64,000 nucleotides of DNA, taken from positions 4,701 through 68,700 of the forward strand of contig CALROJ020000003.1 in the NCBI GenBank assembly GCA_943369735.1. Reading direction: 5' to 3'. The first letter of the stretch is position 1. Every line of letters starts with the position of its first letter. The notes under the pieces are model-generated. The model saw nothing but the letters and a program-made list of their open reading frames with translations, was not told the DNA's origin and did not search any database. The translations under genes and the position numbers were made by a program. This document shows positions 31,375 to 40,934 of this stretch, piece after piece. The DNA is from a bacterium Ga0077546. GTDB taxonomy: Bacteria > Cyanobacteriota > Vampirovibrionia > Obscuribacterales > Obscuribacteraceae.

Positions 31375-31438
31375 ATCTATTTCATTCGTTATCTATTTCA
31401 TTCAACGACATTTCTATTCAACGACATTGAGGCGATCG
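31375..31438. repeat. degenerate 16-nt periodic micro-duplications spanning the A2M stop codon and the A2M-vanW spacer
   Basis: atctatttcattc occurs at 31375 and 31391. attcaacgacatt occurs at 31400 and 31416. The last 12 coding nt of the A2M gene are repeated just after its stop. Confidence 0.75.
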
Positions 31439-34400
31439 ACATTGGTGAAGCCTTTGATGCCTTTGCTGTACATGCCAGCTAGCATGGCTGGATTAACGTT
31501 GACTCGACCGGGCAGTTCCATGCGCAGCAGAGTTGTGAATTGAGATTTGCCCTGAGGCACGCTGGTGCCAAAGTAGACAATTTTGTCGTCGAGCACATCT
31601 TGGTGTGTCCACCAAGGTCTTCCCCAATCTCCCTGTACAGCTGGATCTTCACCACCCTCCGCGGCCTCGGCTTGGTTCTTACTATCAACCACTTCGGCGC
31701 CTGATGGCAGAGCTGCCTCGACAATTACGTAGGGCAGCGATCTTGGTGTGTCTACCAAGATTTTCATCAAGATGGTCTCTCCGGCTTTTATAGACGAACC
31801 AGCTAGTGGCTCGGCCTTAACTTTGATGATACCGCTTGTGGTGTCGGCAATAGATTTAAGGCGGAAGAACTGTCTTTCTAGTTTTAGATCTGCTGGCAGG
31901 TTGGCGACTCCGGTGGCGCCTTCTGCTAATAGCGATTTGTAGTAGTTGGTGGTCACTACCCAGTAGAGTCGGCCGTCGCCGTTTTTAGTTAGTTTAAGAA
32001 TGCTCTTTGCGCCCGGAGCGAGGCTGGATGGCCAAGCAATGGTCTTGCCCTTGGTCAAGCGATCGGCGGCAGTAAATTCAAACTTGCCTAAGTCAAGGGC
32101 TGCTGCTAGCTTCGCTATTGCATTAGCTGCAGGGCTAGAAGTAGGGCTAGTGCTATCAGTAGAGCTAGTTGCGCCACTGCTACCCGCTGCAGCGCCATTC
32201 TCTCCAGTTCCCAGCAAGGCCTCAAGAGTGAAGTTGGTGCTGCCGCCTAGAGCCGCCTGAGCACACAGTTCGTCAGCCAATAAGGCTTTGAATACTTGGG
32301 CCGTAGCTTTAGTTGTGCCCCAGCCGGTTTCACCGCGGTGCAAGAGAATCCAGGCCTTAACCCGCTCAATAGTGGAAGTTTCGTTTGGTCTGACTTCAAG
32401 CACAGCAGTCAGGCCTAGGGCTGTGGTTTCTTCTGGTGTGAAGCGATACGAGTAGTAGTTATATTCGTCTATGTGCGGCCCAAGCTTTTGTAGCATGCCC
32501 TTGGTGCGTTCCCAATCGATAGTGTCATCGGTTGTATTGGCTAGAACAAGGAGGCGATTGAGTATTCGCTGAGCAGCTGTTTCTTGGCCAGCTAGTTTGA
32601 GAGCGCGAGCAAGATAGCTCAATGTCTCTGGTCCTAGCTCGCTTTGATTCTTCTCTAGATAAGCAACAGCAGCTTGATCAGATTTGTTCAGTTTTTTCTG
32701 CCACAGAGCTTGGGTGAAGAGCATGTAAGCCAAGTCTGTACGGCTCTCACTATCAAAGTAAGTGTCGGCCATATGTTTAGGGTCGCTTAACTGTTCAGTC
32801 AAAGTCTTGATGGCAGTGGTCTGCCACGACAAGCCCTTGTTCACCATGGCGTCGTCTACTTTGTAGCCCACACCTTTGACTAGTTTGAGGCCTTCTAAGA
32901 CCAGTGGTGTCAGGTAGGCACTGGTGTTGTCACCGGCCCACCAACCCCAGCCGCCGTCACTGTGTTGATACTCAGTTAGTTTGGCCATGCCATCTTTATA
33001 GACTTTGGCAAACTTAGTGGTATCAGCACTGCTCAGTGGTGCTGATAGTTTTTTGTTCAATTCCATCGCCACAACTGACGGCATCAAGCGCGACATTGTC
33101 TGCTCTGTGCATCCGTAAGGATAATCAATTAAGTCGGCGAATTTATCTAATACAGCCCCAATAGTTGATGACGATAGGCCCAGTGAGCGGTTGAGTGTAC
33201 CTGGTCTGGCATCGCTAATCTCGGGAATGTTGAGTGATAGTGAATCATTAGCATTGGCTAAGAGACCTGATTTAATCAGTGTAACTGGAATGCCTAGAGG
33301 GATAACAGCTACTTCTTTTTCTAGGGCATCAGCGGCAGTTTCGCCCCGGGCAACAATTTTGATTTTTGTTGTACCGAGCGAGCTAGCCTTGACTGGCCAA
33401 TCAAAGCGCGCTGCTTTATCGGCTTCAATTGTCAGTGCTTGGCTTAGAGCTGTGCTAGTGGTTAGCTCTGGCCCCATGGTCAAATTGAGCGAAACTTTCT
33501 GGGTCTTGTCAGTGTAGTTGTGCACCACAGCAGAAACGTTAGCTTCATCGCCAATGCTATAGAAGCGCGGTAGAGCTAAGCGAGCAATGATGTCTTGAGT
33601 AACCATGATTTTTTGCAAGGTAGCACCGACATTGGTGGCCATGTCTATGCCCCGTACTGTCGCGCGCCAGGTTGTCAAATTGTCAGGAAGCTTGACCACT
33701 GCTTTGGCTTCACCCTTCTCGTTGGTGACAAGTTCAGGCACCCAGGCGGCTGTGTCGCGGAAGTCTTTACGTACTTTCGGCTCTAACTTGTCTGGTCCGC
33801 CTGAATATTGTTCAGGGAAGGAACAGACAGTGGTTACCCAGTTAGGTAGTCTTTCGTAGAAGAATTTCTTGATATCGCTAGCGGTTTCTGCTCGTATTGA
33901 ATAGATGCTTTCGTCTACGACTCCTAGCGACAGTTCAACGCCCTTAGCGGGCTTACCTGCTTGGTCTGTGGCCTTAATTGTATAGGTGGCTTGTTCGCCT
34001 GGTTTGTATTTTTCTTTATCACTAGCAATAGTCAAATTGAGGAAGTGATTATCAGGGCTGACCATGACCACTTGCTCTTGGTTGTAGAACTGTTTGTTCT
34101 TTGCCACTAGCGAGACTGTGACATAGAAGTTGGGCGTGAACTCTTGCTTGACTGGAATTTCTACTAGTTTTGCTGCAGAGTCAAGCGCTACTGTTTTGAA
34201 GCTATGTAGCTTGGTGCCTTCGATAGAGACAATCGCTTCGGCTCCGTCTTTACCAGTAAATGGACCGGTAATAATCAGTTTGGCAGTCTCGCCTGGTTTG
34301 TAGACGCGTTTGTCTAGCTTGAGCTTGAGCGGCTCTTTCTGGGCATCTTTATGGCCTAAGAAGAATGGCTTCTCGCTACTCGATACCCAAATTGAACTTG

Positions 34401-36576
34401 AGTCTTGAATCAAGTGGCCACTGCTGTCGGTGGCTTGGGCAATGACATAGTAGCTGTCAGAAGCCCACTCGCCTTTGGTGGCAAAATCAACATGCACATT
34501 GCCATTAGCATCAGTGCTAGCTGTTTTTTCTTCGAGAGTGACGTCAGGTTTGTATTCAGATTTGAAGCGATCCCATGGGTAGCGCATCACTTTGAGCTTG
34601 AGATTGGTGTTGATCGGTTTGCCTTTGTAATCAACGGCCTTGATATCGACAGCCATTGGTTGGCCGCTGCTGACCACATAATTGCTGGGTGTCACGGCCA
34701 GCAAGAACTCTCCAGCTGACTCAAACATCGAACCCGAGCCGACAACCGAGAGTCTGCTGATGTCTGTTACTTCAGCTTCTACTTTTAGTTTCTTGTCGGC
34801 AAATTCTGAACCCAATGGCCCGGCCGTTGGCGGCTCTGCCGCCTTGGTATCAAACTCAACAATAGCTTCGCCGTTGGCATCGGTAACCGCATAACCCTCA
34901 GCACTAAAGTCGCCAGCGCCTTCATAGTAGTCAGCGTCATACCAATCGTCAAAGAAACTATAAAAAGCTGGTCTGTCCATTAAGCGCCAACGGGTATTCC
35001 AATCGGTAGATGAATAAACGTTGTATTTGACGCGAGCATTGGCCACCGGTCCACCAAAGAAATAAGTGGCCTTGACTCTTGCTTTGCCTTTGCTACCGGC
35101 AATTACGCGCTCGGTGATGGGCGTTACTTCTACTTGATATTCAGGTTTTCTGTATTGGGCAATTTCAAAGCCCTGGTAGCTGATGGTGCCATCGGCATAT
35201 TTAATTTGTACTTGATAGCCGCCGGTCTTGCCATCGGCCGGTACTTCGACTAAACCATGGAAAGTGCCATGGGCATTGGTTTTGACATGAAGAGTCTTGA
35301 ACTCGTTGTTATCTGGATCTTCAATAGTGACGTCAAGTTCTTCATTGGCACCTTTGTTGGCGATACCATTTTCATCAATAGAGCGGCACATGCCTTTGAA
35401 GAAAACAGTCTGGCCGAGGCGATAAACAGGTCGGTCTGTATAAAAATAGGTTTTGTGCGTATCCGAATCAGAGCGGTAGTAGTTGTAGCCGCTATAGGCC
35501 TTGCTTGCCCCCAGTGAGCCAATCAATACTAAGTCATAACTGAGCCTTGAGCGAATAGCTTGCGGCAAGGCCAGAGTGGCAATGCCGTCGGCTCCGGTTT
35601 TGGCTTGCACACTAGCTGTTTTGCTAACATCGCCATCACGGGAGAAGACTTTTAGATCAACTCCACCAATTCCTTTTAGGGTGTTTAAATCAACTGCTTT
35701 TACAACAGTTTTGTCTGGTGCATGCTTGACGATTAAGCCCACATCACTGACTGAAAACCAGGTCAGGGCCGATGCTGTGCTGTGGCCAAACATATCGGTT
35801 ACTTGGGCGTGAGCAAAGTAGTCACCGGCTGGTAAGGCATGATCAAATTTGAATTGAGCGTTAGCTGAATCACTGTCATCCATCGTTAGCTTGCGATTGA
35901 AACTAGCAACTGGGGCTAACTTTGAGAATGGGCTAGCAAACTTTTTCGATGAGTCAACATAGATGTTAAAGTCTGAAGCCAGAGAGATGCCCATTTTTTT
36001 TGCTTCAGGTGAATTGATCAGGCTGAGAAAATCTTGTTTGTAGACCTGCACTTTGGCGTCGGATGCACCGGTGGCATTGACCCAGAAATGTGGTGCTTCT
36101 TTGGTCGTAAATACGCGGGTGTTTGAGGCAATATTGACTGTTGGGCTAAGCAGCGTCAATTGCACTGGTTGCGGAAGATTTTGTGGTTTGCCCTGGACGA
36201 CAAAGAGGCCGTTGACTAATTCTGTGGAAAAACCAGGGGCGCGCACGCGAATAGAATATTCGCCCACAGGCAATTGCTCAATTTTGAATGTGCCATCGTT
36301 GTTAACCCAGGCGCCGCGCTCGACATATGGACCCTTGCGCGGACCACTAGCGAGAACAAAAACTTTATTGTCTTTAAGGTCATAAGATTTTAAGTGGAAG
36401 CCTTTTTGTTCAATTGCTACCCGGCCAGCAATGGCTCCCATAGGCTTGTCGAGAACAATGGCGGCCATGGCCAGCAGTACAACCTGCAAGGCAACAAATA
36501 ACCAGGTAAATAGTGGCGTTCTTGGGCTGCGACCATTGCTAACCCCAGCTCTAATATTAGAATCACCTGAAGACAT
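31414..36576 (-). CDS. alpha-2-macroglobulin family protein with intact thioester motif
   Basis: 1720 aa. YPYGCTEQTMSRLMP carries the CTEQ thioester at 33100-33111. Many MG-like beta domains. TM anchor at the N-terminus with no lipobox Cys. CarboxypepD_reg-like segment (GTFKIEQLPVGEYSIRVRAPGF). Confidence 0.9.
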   Translation of the reverse strand: MSSGDSNIRAGVSNGRSPRTPLFTWLFVALQVVLLAMAAIVLDKPMGAIAGRVAIEQKGFHLKSYDLKDNKVFVLASGPRKGPYVERGAWVNNDGTFKIEQLPVGEYSIRVRAPGFSTELVNGLFVVQGKPQNLPQPVQLTLLSPTVNIASNTRVFTTKEAPHFWVNATGASDAKVQVYKQDFLSLINSPEAKKMGISLASDFNIYVDSSKKFASPFSKLAPVASFNRKLTMDDSDSANAQFKFDHALPAGDYFAHAQVTDMFGHSTASALTWFSVSDVGLIVKHAPDKTVVKAVDLNTLKGIGGVDLKVFSRDGDVSKTASVQAKTGADGIATLALPQAIRSRLSYDLVLIGSLGASKAYSGYNYYRSDSDTHKTYFYTDRPVYRLGQTVFFKGMCRSIDENGIANKGANEELDVTIEDPDNNEFKTLHVKTNAHGTFHGLVEVPADGKTGGYQVQIKYADGTISYQGFEIAQYRKPEYQVEVTPITERVIAGSKGKARVKATYFFGGPVANARVKYNVYSSTDWNTRWRLMDRPAFYSFFDDWYDADYYEGAGDFSAEGYAVTDANGEAIVEFDTKAAEPPTAGPLGSEFADKKLKVEAEVTDISRLSVVGSGSMFESAGEFLLAVTPSNYVVSSGQPMAVDIKAVDYKGKPINTNLKLKVMRYPWDRFKSEYKPDVTLEEKTASTDANGNVHVDFATKGEWASDSYYVIAQATDSSGHLIQDSSSIWVSSSEKPFFLGHKDAQKEPLKLKLDKRVYKPGETAKLIITGPFTGKDGAEAIVSIEGTKLHSFKTVALDSAAKLVEIPVKQEFTPNFYVTVSLVAKNKQFYNQEQVVMVSPDNHFLNLTIASDKEKYKPGEQATYTIKATDQAGKPAKGVELSLGVVDESIYSIRAETASDIKKFFYERLPNWVTTVCSFPEQYSGGPDKLEPKVRKDFRDTAAWVPELVTNEKGEAKAVVKLPDNLTTWRATVRGIDMATNVGATLQKIMVTQDIIARLALPRFYSIGDEANVSAVVHNYTDKTQKVSLNLTMGPELTTSTALSQALTIEADKAARFDWPVKASSLGTTKIKIVARGETAADALEKEVAVIPLGIPVTLIKSGLLANANDSLSLNIPEISDARPGTLNRSLGLSSSTIGAVLDKFADLIDYPYGCTEQTMSRLMPSVVAMELNKKLSAPLSSADTTKFAKVYKDGMAKLTEYQHSDGGWGWWAGDNTSAYLTPLVLEGLKLVKGVGYKVDDAMVNKGLSWQTTAIKTLTEQLSDPKHMADTYFDSESRTDLAYMLFTQALWQKKLNKSDQAAVAYLEKNQSELGPETLSYLARALKLAGQETAAQRILNRLLVLANTTDDTIDWERTKGMLQKLGPHIDEYNYYSYRFTPEETTALGLTAVLEVRPNETSTIERVKAWILLHRGETGWGTTKATAQVFKALLADELCAQAALGGSTNFTLEALLGTGENGAAAGSSGATSSTDSTSPTSSPAANAIAKLAAALDLGKFEFTAADRLTKGKTIAWPSSLAPGAKSILKLTKNGDGRLYWVVTTNYYKSLLAEGATGVANLPADLKLERQFFRLKSIADTTSGIIKVKAEPLAGSSIKAGETILMKILVDTPRSLPYVIVEAALPSGAEVVDSKNQAEAAEGGEDPAVQGDWGRPWWTHQDVLDDKIVYFGTSVPQGKSQFTTLLRMELPGRVNVNPAMLAGMYSKGIKGFTNVDRLNVVE

Positions 36577-37276
36577 GGGCTTTTATCCTATACATCTGGC
36601 ACGGCTCAGAGGGGGTTATACCAGCTTTGACTTTGCACTGCATCACTTGATAATGGCCATCGCTGGCTTCACCGGGTAGCAGCACTGCGGCCTTTCCACC
36701 ACTTCTCACCATGAGGCCGTCCAATAACGGGTGCAAGCTGACATGGCGCTCGACTGGTTCTACCCGGTCAATTACGGTCACTTGTACATCGAGCCCGGGC
36801 ACCTCTTGCCGCTTTATGGGCGGATAGCGGTACTCTTTGGTGAGGGCGCCTTCTGTGGTAAAGGCAGTAGCAGCCACAAGATTGTTCTCGGTGCCACTGA
36901 TTTGACCCCAACAGGCCCTGGTTTTACCGTGTTTGCTCAAAGTGATAAACAATCCTTTTGAATGCCTATTAGAAGGATGGATATTCTTGCTCAGAGCTTC
37001 CACGATTTCGCCTATGGTTTTAGGATGGTCGCTGAAGTGATTGTCGATTGTTACCTTTGCTACCTGAACTAGAGTAAGGCTGCTTTGTGCTGCATAGACT
37101 GCCTCGCTTGTGAAGAAAAAACTTAGACAGCAAATGAGCAAGCAAAAGCTGGACAAGCAAGTAGGCAAGCAAAAATAGGCCAAATAAGCGCTTCGCCGGC
37201 GCGAAATAGCATTATTGTCAGCGTAGGCGTGCGGCATTGCTCTCCTGCTGGCCTCGAGCTTTCGGCTCAAACCCAA
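36563..37276 (-). CDS. AMMECR1-like protein with N-terminal hydrophobic anchor
   Basis: GLFITLSKHGKTRACWGQI and VQVTVIDRVEPV resemble the AMMECR1 core (GVFVTL...LRGCIG). A Cys/Leu/Phe-rich hydrophobic N-terminus precedes it. 14-nt overlap with the A2M start. Confidence 0.55.
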   Translation of the reverse strand: MGLSRKLEASRRAMPHAYADNNAISRRRSAYLAYFCLPTCLSSFCLLICCLSFFFTSEAVYAAQSSLTLVQVAKVTIDNHFSDHPKTIGEIVEALSKNIHPSNRHSKGLFITLSKHGKTRACWGQISGTENNLVAATAFTTEGALTKEYRYPPIKRQEVPGLDVQVTVIDRVEPVERHVSLHPLLDGLMVRSGGKAAVLLPGEASDGHYQVMQCKVKAGITPSEPCQMYRIKAHVFR

Positions 37277-37438
37277 CTTCTACCTTATACTTCGCCTATT
37301 ATCAACCTAATCATGCTTGTCCGTCGCTCTTGATGTGTCAAAATTGCATGTGCTTGAGGTCAAAAGGTTGTCAACTGCGTGTAAGTTGGTTGACGTTCTG
37401 TTTTCTCTCTCTCTTTTGTTTTATTGGTGATTATTTAA

Positions 37439-38356
37439 GTGTCTGGCAACATCGATAGAAGAGGATTTATCCGCTCCCTGTTTGGTATCACAGGGGCTCT
37501 TCCGGTCGCCCAGCAAATGGCTGAAGCAAAAGGTCAGACAAGTTTTTTCTGGTGCAATTTAAGAACCGGCCATGTCGGCTTTCCTACCGGTTTGTCTGTG
37601 CCCAGTGAGCGGCCCGGTTCTTTGATGAAGCTCGTAGCAGCAGCAGCTTTAATTGATGAAGGTTTGACCCACGCTAACGAAGTATTTGAGTGTACAGGCA
37701 CCCATAATGTGGGAAAAGAAGCTGTGCATTGCCAAAATGCCCACGGCAAAATTGATATTGTTCAAGCCATTGGTCGCTCTTGCAATATTTATTTTGCTCA
37801 AGCAACCAAGCGTCTAACTACTCGTGCTTTTCTCGCCAAGGCGGCCCAGTTTGGTCTAGACAAACCCTGCGCTGGTAGCCTTTCTGGCCCTTTCCCTCTG
37901 AAGCCAGTTGAGTCTAGTTCGCTGCACTACGTTTTAGGTTTGGCTCAGGACCTCAAACCAACCGCTCTGCAATTGCTGCGACTTGCCGCTTTGGTTGCCA
38001 CTCCCCCTGGTGGCAAATTGCCGGTTCTGTTTTCGGCTGAGAATATCGAGCTGCCGGAGAAAGAGAAGCCATTTACTTCTCCTCTTACTGCTGAATCGCA
38101 TCGGGTGTTGAGTGCCGGAATGAGGCTGTCTGCCACTGAAGGCACGGCTCGTAAACTCGATAGCGAAGATCAACTAAAAATTGCTGCTAAAACTGGTACC
38201 ACTCCCCATGGCAATAAATTCCAGTCGTATGTGATTGGTTATTTTCCTTTTGATAAACCGGCCCATGCTTTTGCTCTCTACGCACCATCGGGAACATCGC
38301 AAGATTCAGCTGTGCCTAAAGCCAAAGAGTTTCTCTTCTCGACCACCTGGCCCTAG
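37439..38356 (+). CDS. transpeptidase-fold penicillin-binding protein / beta-lactamase-like protein with twin-arginine leader
   Basis: GTG start. DRRGFIRSLFG is a Tat-like motif. The SxxK (SLMK), SxN (SCN) and KTG (KTGT) motifs appear in the canonical order. Only 305 aa, with no glycosyltransferase module. Confidence 0.65.
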   Translation: MSGNIDRRGFIRSLFGITGALPVAQQMAEAKGQTSFFWCNLRTGHVGFPTGLSVPSERPGSLMKLVAAAALIDEGLTHANEVFECTGTHNVGKEAVHCQNAHGKIDIVQAIGRSCNIYFAQATKRLTTRAFLAKAAQFGLDKPCAGSLSGPFPLKPVESSSLHYVLGLAQDLKPTALQLLRLAALVATPPGGKLPVLFSAENIELPEKEKPFTSPLTAESHRVLSAGMRLSATEGTARKLDSEDQLKIAAKTGTTPHGNKFQSYVIGYFPFDKPAHAFALYAPSGTSQDSAVPKAKEFLFSTTWP

Positions 38357-38359
38357 TAG

Positions 38360-39652
38360 ATGTTTGCTCTTGCTGGTACAAATTCTAAACGTCTAAATGA
38401 GCTTAGTGATAAGCTTCGGCACATGCTTTTAGGCTCCCTCAGCCTCTTGCTTCTGTGCACCGCTAGCCCAGCACTGGCCTTGCCGTCCTCTGTCAAAGTC
38501 ACTCTCTTTCAGGCCCATCCTGATATTACGGTGCTCGCAGTTGACGGACCTTTTGAGATTAACCAAGGAGCGGGCTCTGGTTTCGCCTCTGGAGCGGGCT
38601 TGGCTTCCGCCAATCATGCTGAAATTAGTTTAGCTAAGGGGGGCTTGTTTCTAAAAACTGGGGGAGGGACAAAGCCTGGGCGTCGCCTGGGAGCGAGAAT
38701 TGTCATTCGCCCTTCAAGCCCCAAGCCTTTGCGCTTGCAGCCAAATACATTAGCTGGTTCTAGTCGGCTTTACCGGGGACGCTTTTTTGTCACTGCTCGT
38801 GGTGGCAAGATAGAAGTAGTTAACGAAGTAGATACTAAGTCTTATATTACGAGCGTGGTTGGAAGTGAGACACTCCCTGATTTTCCCCTAGAGGCTCTTA
38901 AAGCTCAGACCGTTCTTGCGTCAACTGTACTAGCCAGGCAAAGACCTAATGTCAAACTTAGTGACAGCACTGATGTTCAGGCCTACCTAGGCAGCGACTA
39001 TGAAAGGCCACTAGCACAGCAAGCGGTGGCTGCCGTTTTTGGTCAAAAATTGGAGACCTCCAACGGTACTACACCGGCCGTTTTCTACCATTCGACTTGC
39101 GCTGGTGGTACTAGCGATGAGCGAGAAATCTTTTCTGGTAAAGAGTTGAATGACGCGGCTCGCAAACCGGTGAGCAGTTGCCGCACCGCCAGTCGTGTTA
39201 AGTGCAGCTATTGCAAAGACTCGCCATTCTTTCAAGCGCATCGAGTGCAGGTTTCTGCTGATCAGCTGCGCCGCAAAATTGGCTATGTGCCGTTGGCTAT
39301 AGAGGTTAAAGATCCTGAAGGGCGGCCACTTTCGGTTAAGGTGGAAAAGCTGCTGTCAGGGCACCGCGAAAGTAATAATGAATCTAGAATAGACTCTAAA
39401 CTAGACTCAAAAATAGATTCTGTCTCTGGCTATGATCTTTGGCTCAAGTTGGGCCAGGCTTTTGGTTGGGGTGAGGTGCCTGGCATGCGCTATTCCATAG
39501 AATCTGGACCAATAGTAACTATTACCTCTACAGGGGCTGGTCATGGTGCCGGTCTCTGCCAGTGGGGTGCTTATGGTATGGCCAAATCTGGCAAAAATTA
39601 TAGAGAGATTCTGCACTACTATTTTCCTCTGGCGCAGGTCAGCGGGAAATAG
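38360..39652 (+). CDS. SpoIID/LytB-domain protein
   Basis: SYITSVVGSE, EALKAQTVLASTV, VFYHSTCAGGTSD and GHGAGLCQWGAYGMAKSG are SpoIID hallmarks. A possible alternative start is ATG 38423, before the signal peptide. Contains an ESRIDSKLDSKIDS insert. Confidence 0.8.
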   Translation: MFALAGTNSKRLNELSDKLRHMLLGSLSLLLLCTASPALALPSSVKVTLFQAHPDITVLAVDGPFEINQGAGSGFASGAGLASANHAEISLAKGGLFLKTGGGTKPGRRLGARIVIRPSSPKPLRLQPNTLAGSSRLYRGRFFVTARGGKIEVVNEVDTKSYITSVVGSETLPDFPLEALKAQTVLASTVLARQRPNVKLSDSTDVQAYLGSDYERPLAQQAVAAVFGQKLETSNGTTPAVFYHSTCAGGTSDEREIFSGKELNDAARKPVSSCRTASRVKCSYCKDSPFFQAHRVQVSADQLRRKIGYVPLAIEVKDPEGRPLSVKVEKLLSGHRESNNESRIDSKLDSKIDSVSGYDLWLKLGQAFGWGEVPGMRYSIESGPIVTITSTGAGHGAGLCQWGAYGMAKSGKNYREILHYYFPLAQVSGK

Positions 39653-39755
39653 CAAAAAGCTGTGGGTTGAGGAAATTAGCTTTAACCCAAGACAAATAGA
39701 CTGCCCGGGCGATATCATATAGCCCCACCTATATAGATATTGCCGCGAGGTTATC

Positions 39756-40934
39756 ATGCAGTCGAAGACACGCAAAATTGCGTCCAACCGGGCAAACCAG
39801 TTTCAAGAGTCGGTCATCCGCGAGATGTCGCGCCTGTCGGCCCAGCATCAAGCCGTCAATTTGGCCCAGGGCCTTCCTGACTTCCCTTGTCCACCTGAGC
39901 TGAAAGAGGCCGTTACCCGTGCGGTATTTGACGATGTCAATCAGTATGCCATTACCTGGGGCGACAAGTTTTTACGTCAGGCAATTACTGAGCAAACCAA
40001 GAAATTTTCTGGTCTGACCATTGAACCAGAGACCGATATCACCGTTTGTTGTGGTGCCACGGAAGCCATGGTGGCAACGATGTTGGCTCTCGTCGATCCC
40101 GGTGACGAAGTAGTTGTATTTGAGCCTTTCTACGAGAATTATGGTCCTGATTCAATTTTGTGTGGTGCTGTTCCACGCTACGTAAAACTGCATGCTCCCA
40201 ATTGGACATTCGATGAAGATGAGCTGGCCAAAGCATTCAATGAGAATACTCGTGCCATTATCATCAATACTCCCCATAATCCTACGGGCAAAGTTTTCAA
40301 CTTACAGGAAATGACAGCGATAGCCAATCTTTGTCAGAAATATAATGTCTTGGCTTTGACTGATGAAATTTACGAGCACATTCTCTACGATGGTGCTAAG
40401 CATGTCTCCATGGCCGCCCTTCCTGGTATGGCCGATCTCACAGTCACTATCAATTCTCTTTCTAAAACGTATAGCGTCACTGGATGGCGTGTGGGTTGGG
40501 CAATTGCTAAACCAGAGTTGACTTTGCCTATTCGCAAAGTGCATGACTTTTTAACAGTTGGTTCACCAGCACCACTGCAAAGAGCCGCCGTTACTGCCAT
40601 TAATATGCCAGACAAATATTATGCCGACTTGAAAGCTAAGTATGCGGAGCGCCGCGCCATGATGCTTGAAATATTAGATGGTGTGGGCATTCCCTATTTC
40701 AAACCAGAAGGAGCCTATTACGCTTTTTGTGATATCAGTGGTCTCGGTTTCAAATCAGACATGGACTTCACTAAATATCTAGTCAAAGATGTTGGAGTGG
40801 CGGTGGTGCCTGGTGGCAGTTTCTTTGGCCCTGAGGCTGAGAATCGACACAACTATGTGCGCTTCTGCTTTAGCCGCAAAGAAGAGACTATGCTGGCTGC
40901 CAAAGAGCGTTTGAAGAAGCTCAAGAGTAAATGA
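39756..40934 (+). CDS. class I/II pyridoxal-phosphate aminotransferase (MalY/kynurenine aminotransferase-like)
   Basis: NLAQGLPDF, NTPHNPTGKVF, and SLSKTYSVTGWRVGW carrying the PLP lysine. Confidence 0.85.
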   Translation: MQSKTRKIASNRANQFQESVIREMSRLSAQHQAVNLAQGLPDFPCPPELKEAVTRAVFDDVNQYAITWGDKFLRQAITEQTKKFSGLTIEPETDITVCCGATEAMVATMLALVDPGDEVVVFEPFYENYGPDSILCGAVPRYVKLHAPNWTFDEDELAKAFNENTRAIIINTPHNPTGKVFNLQEMTAIANLCQKYNVLALTDEIYEHILYDGAKHVSMAALPGMADLTVTINSLSKTYSVTGWRVGWAIAKPELTLPIRKVHDFLTVGSPAPLQRAAVTAINMPDKYYADLKAKYAERRAMMLEILDGVGIPYFKPEGAYYAFCDISGLGFKSDMDFTKYLVKDVGVAVVPGGSFFGPEAENRHNYVRFCFSRKEETMLAAKERLKKLKSK

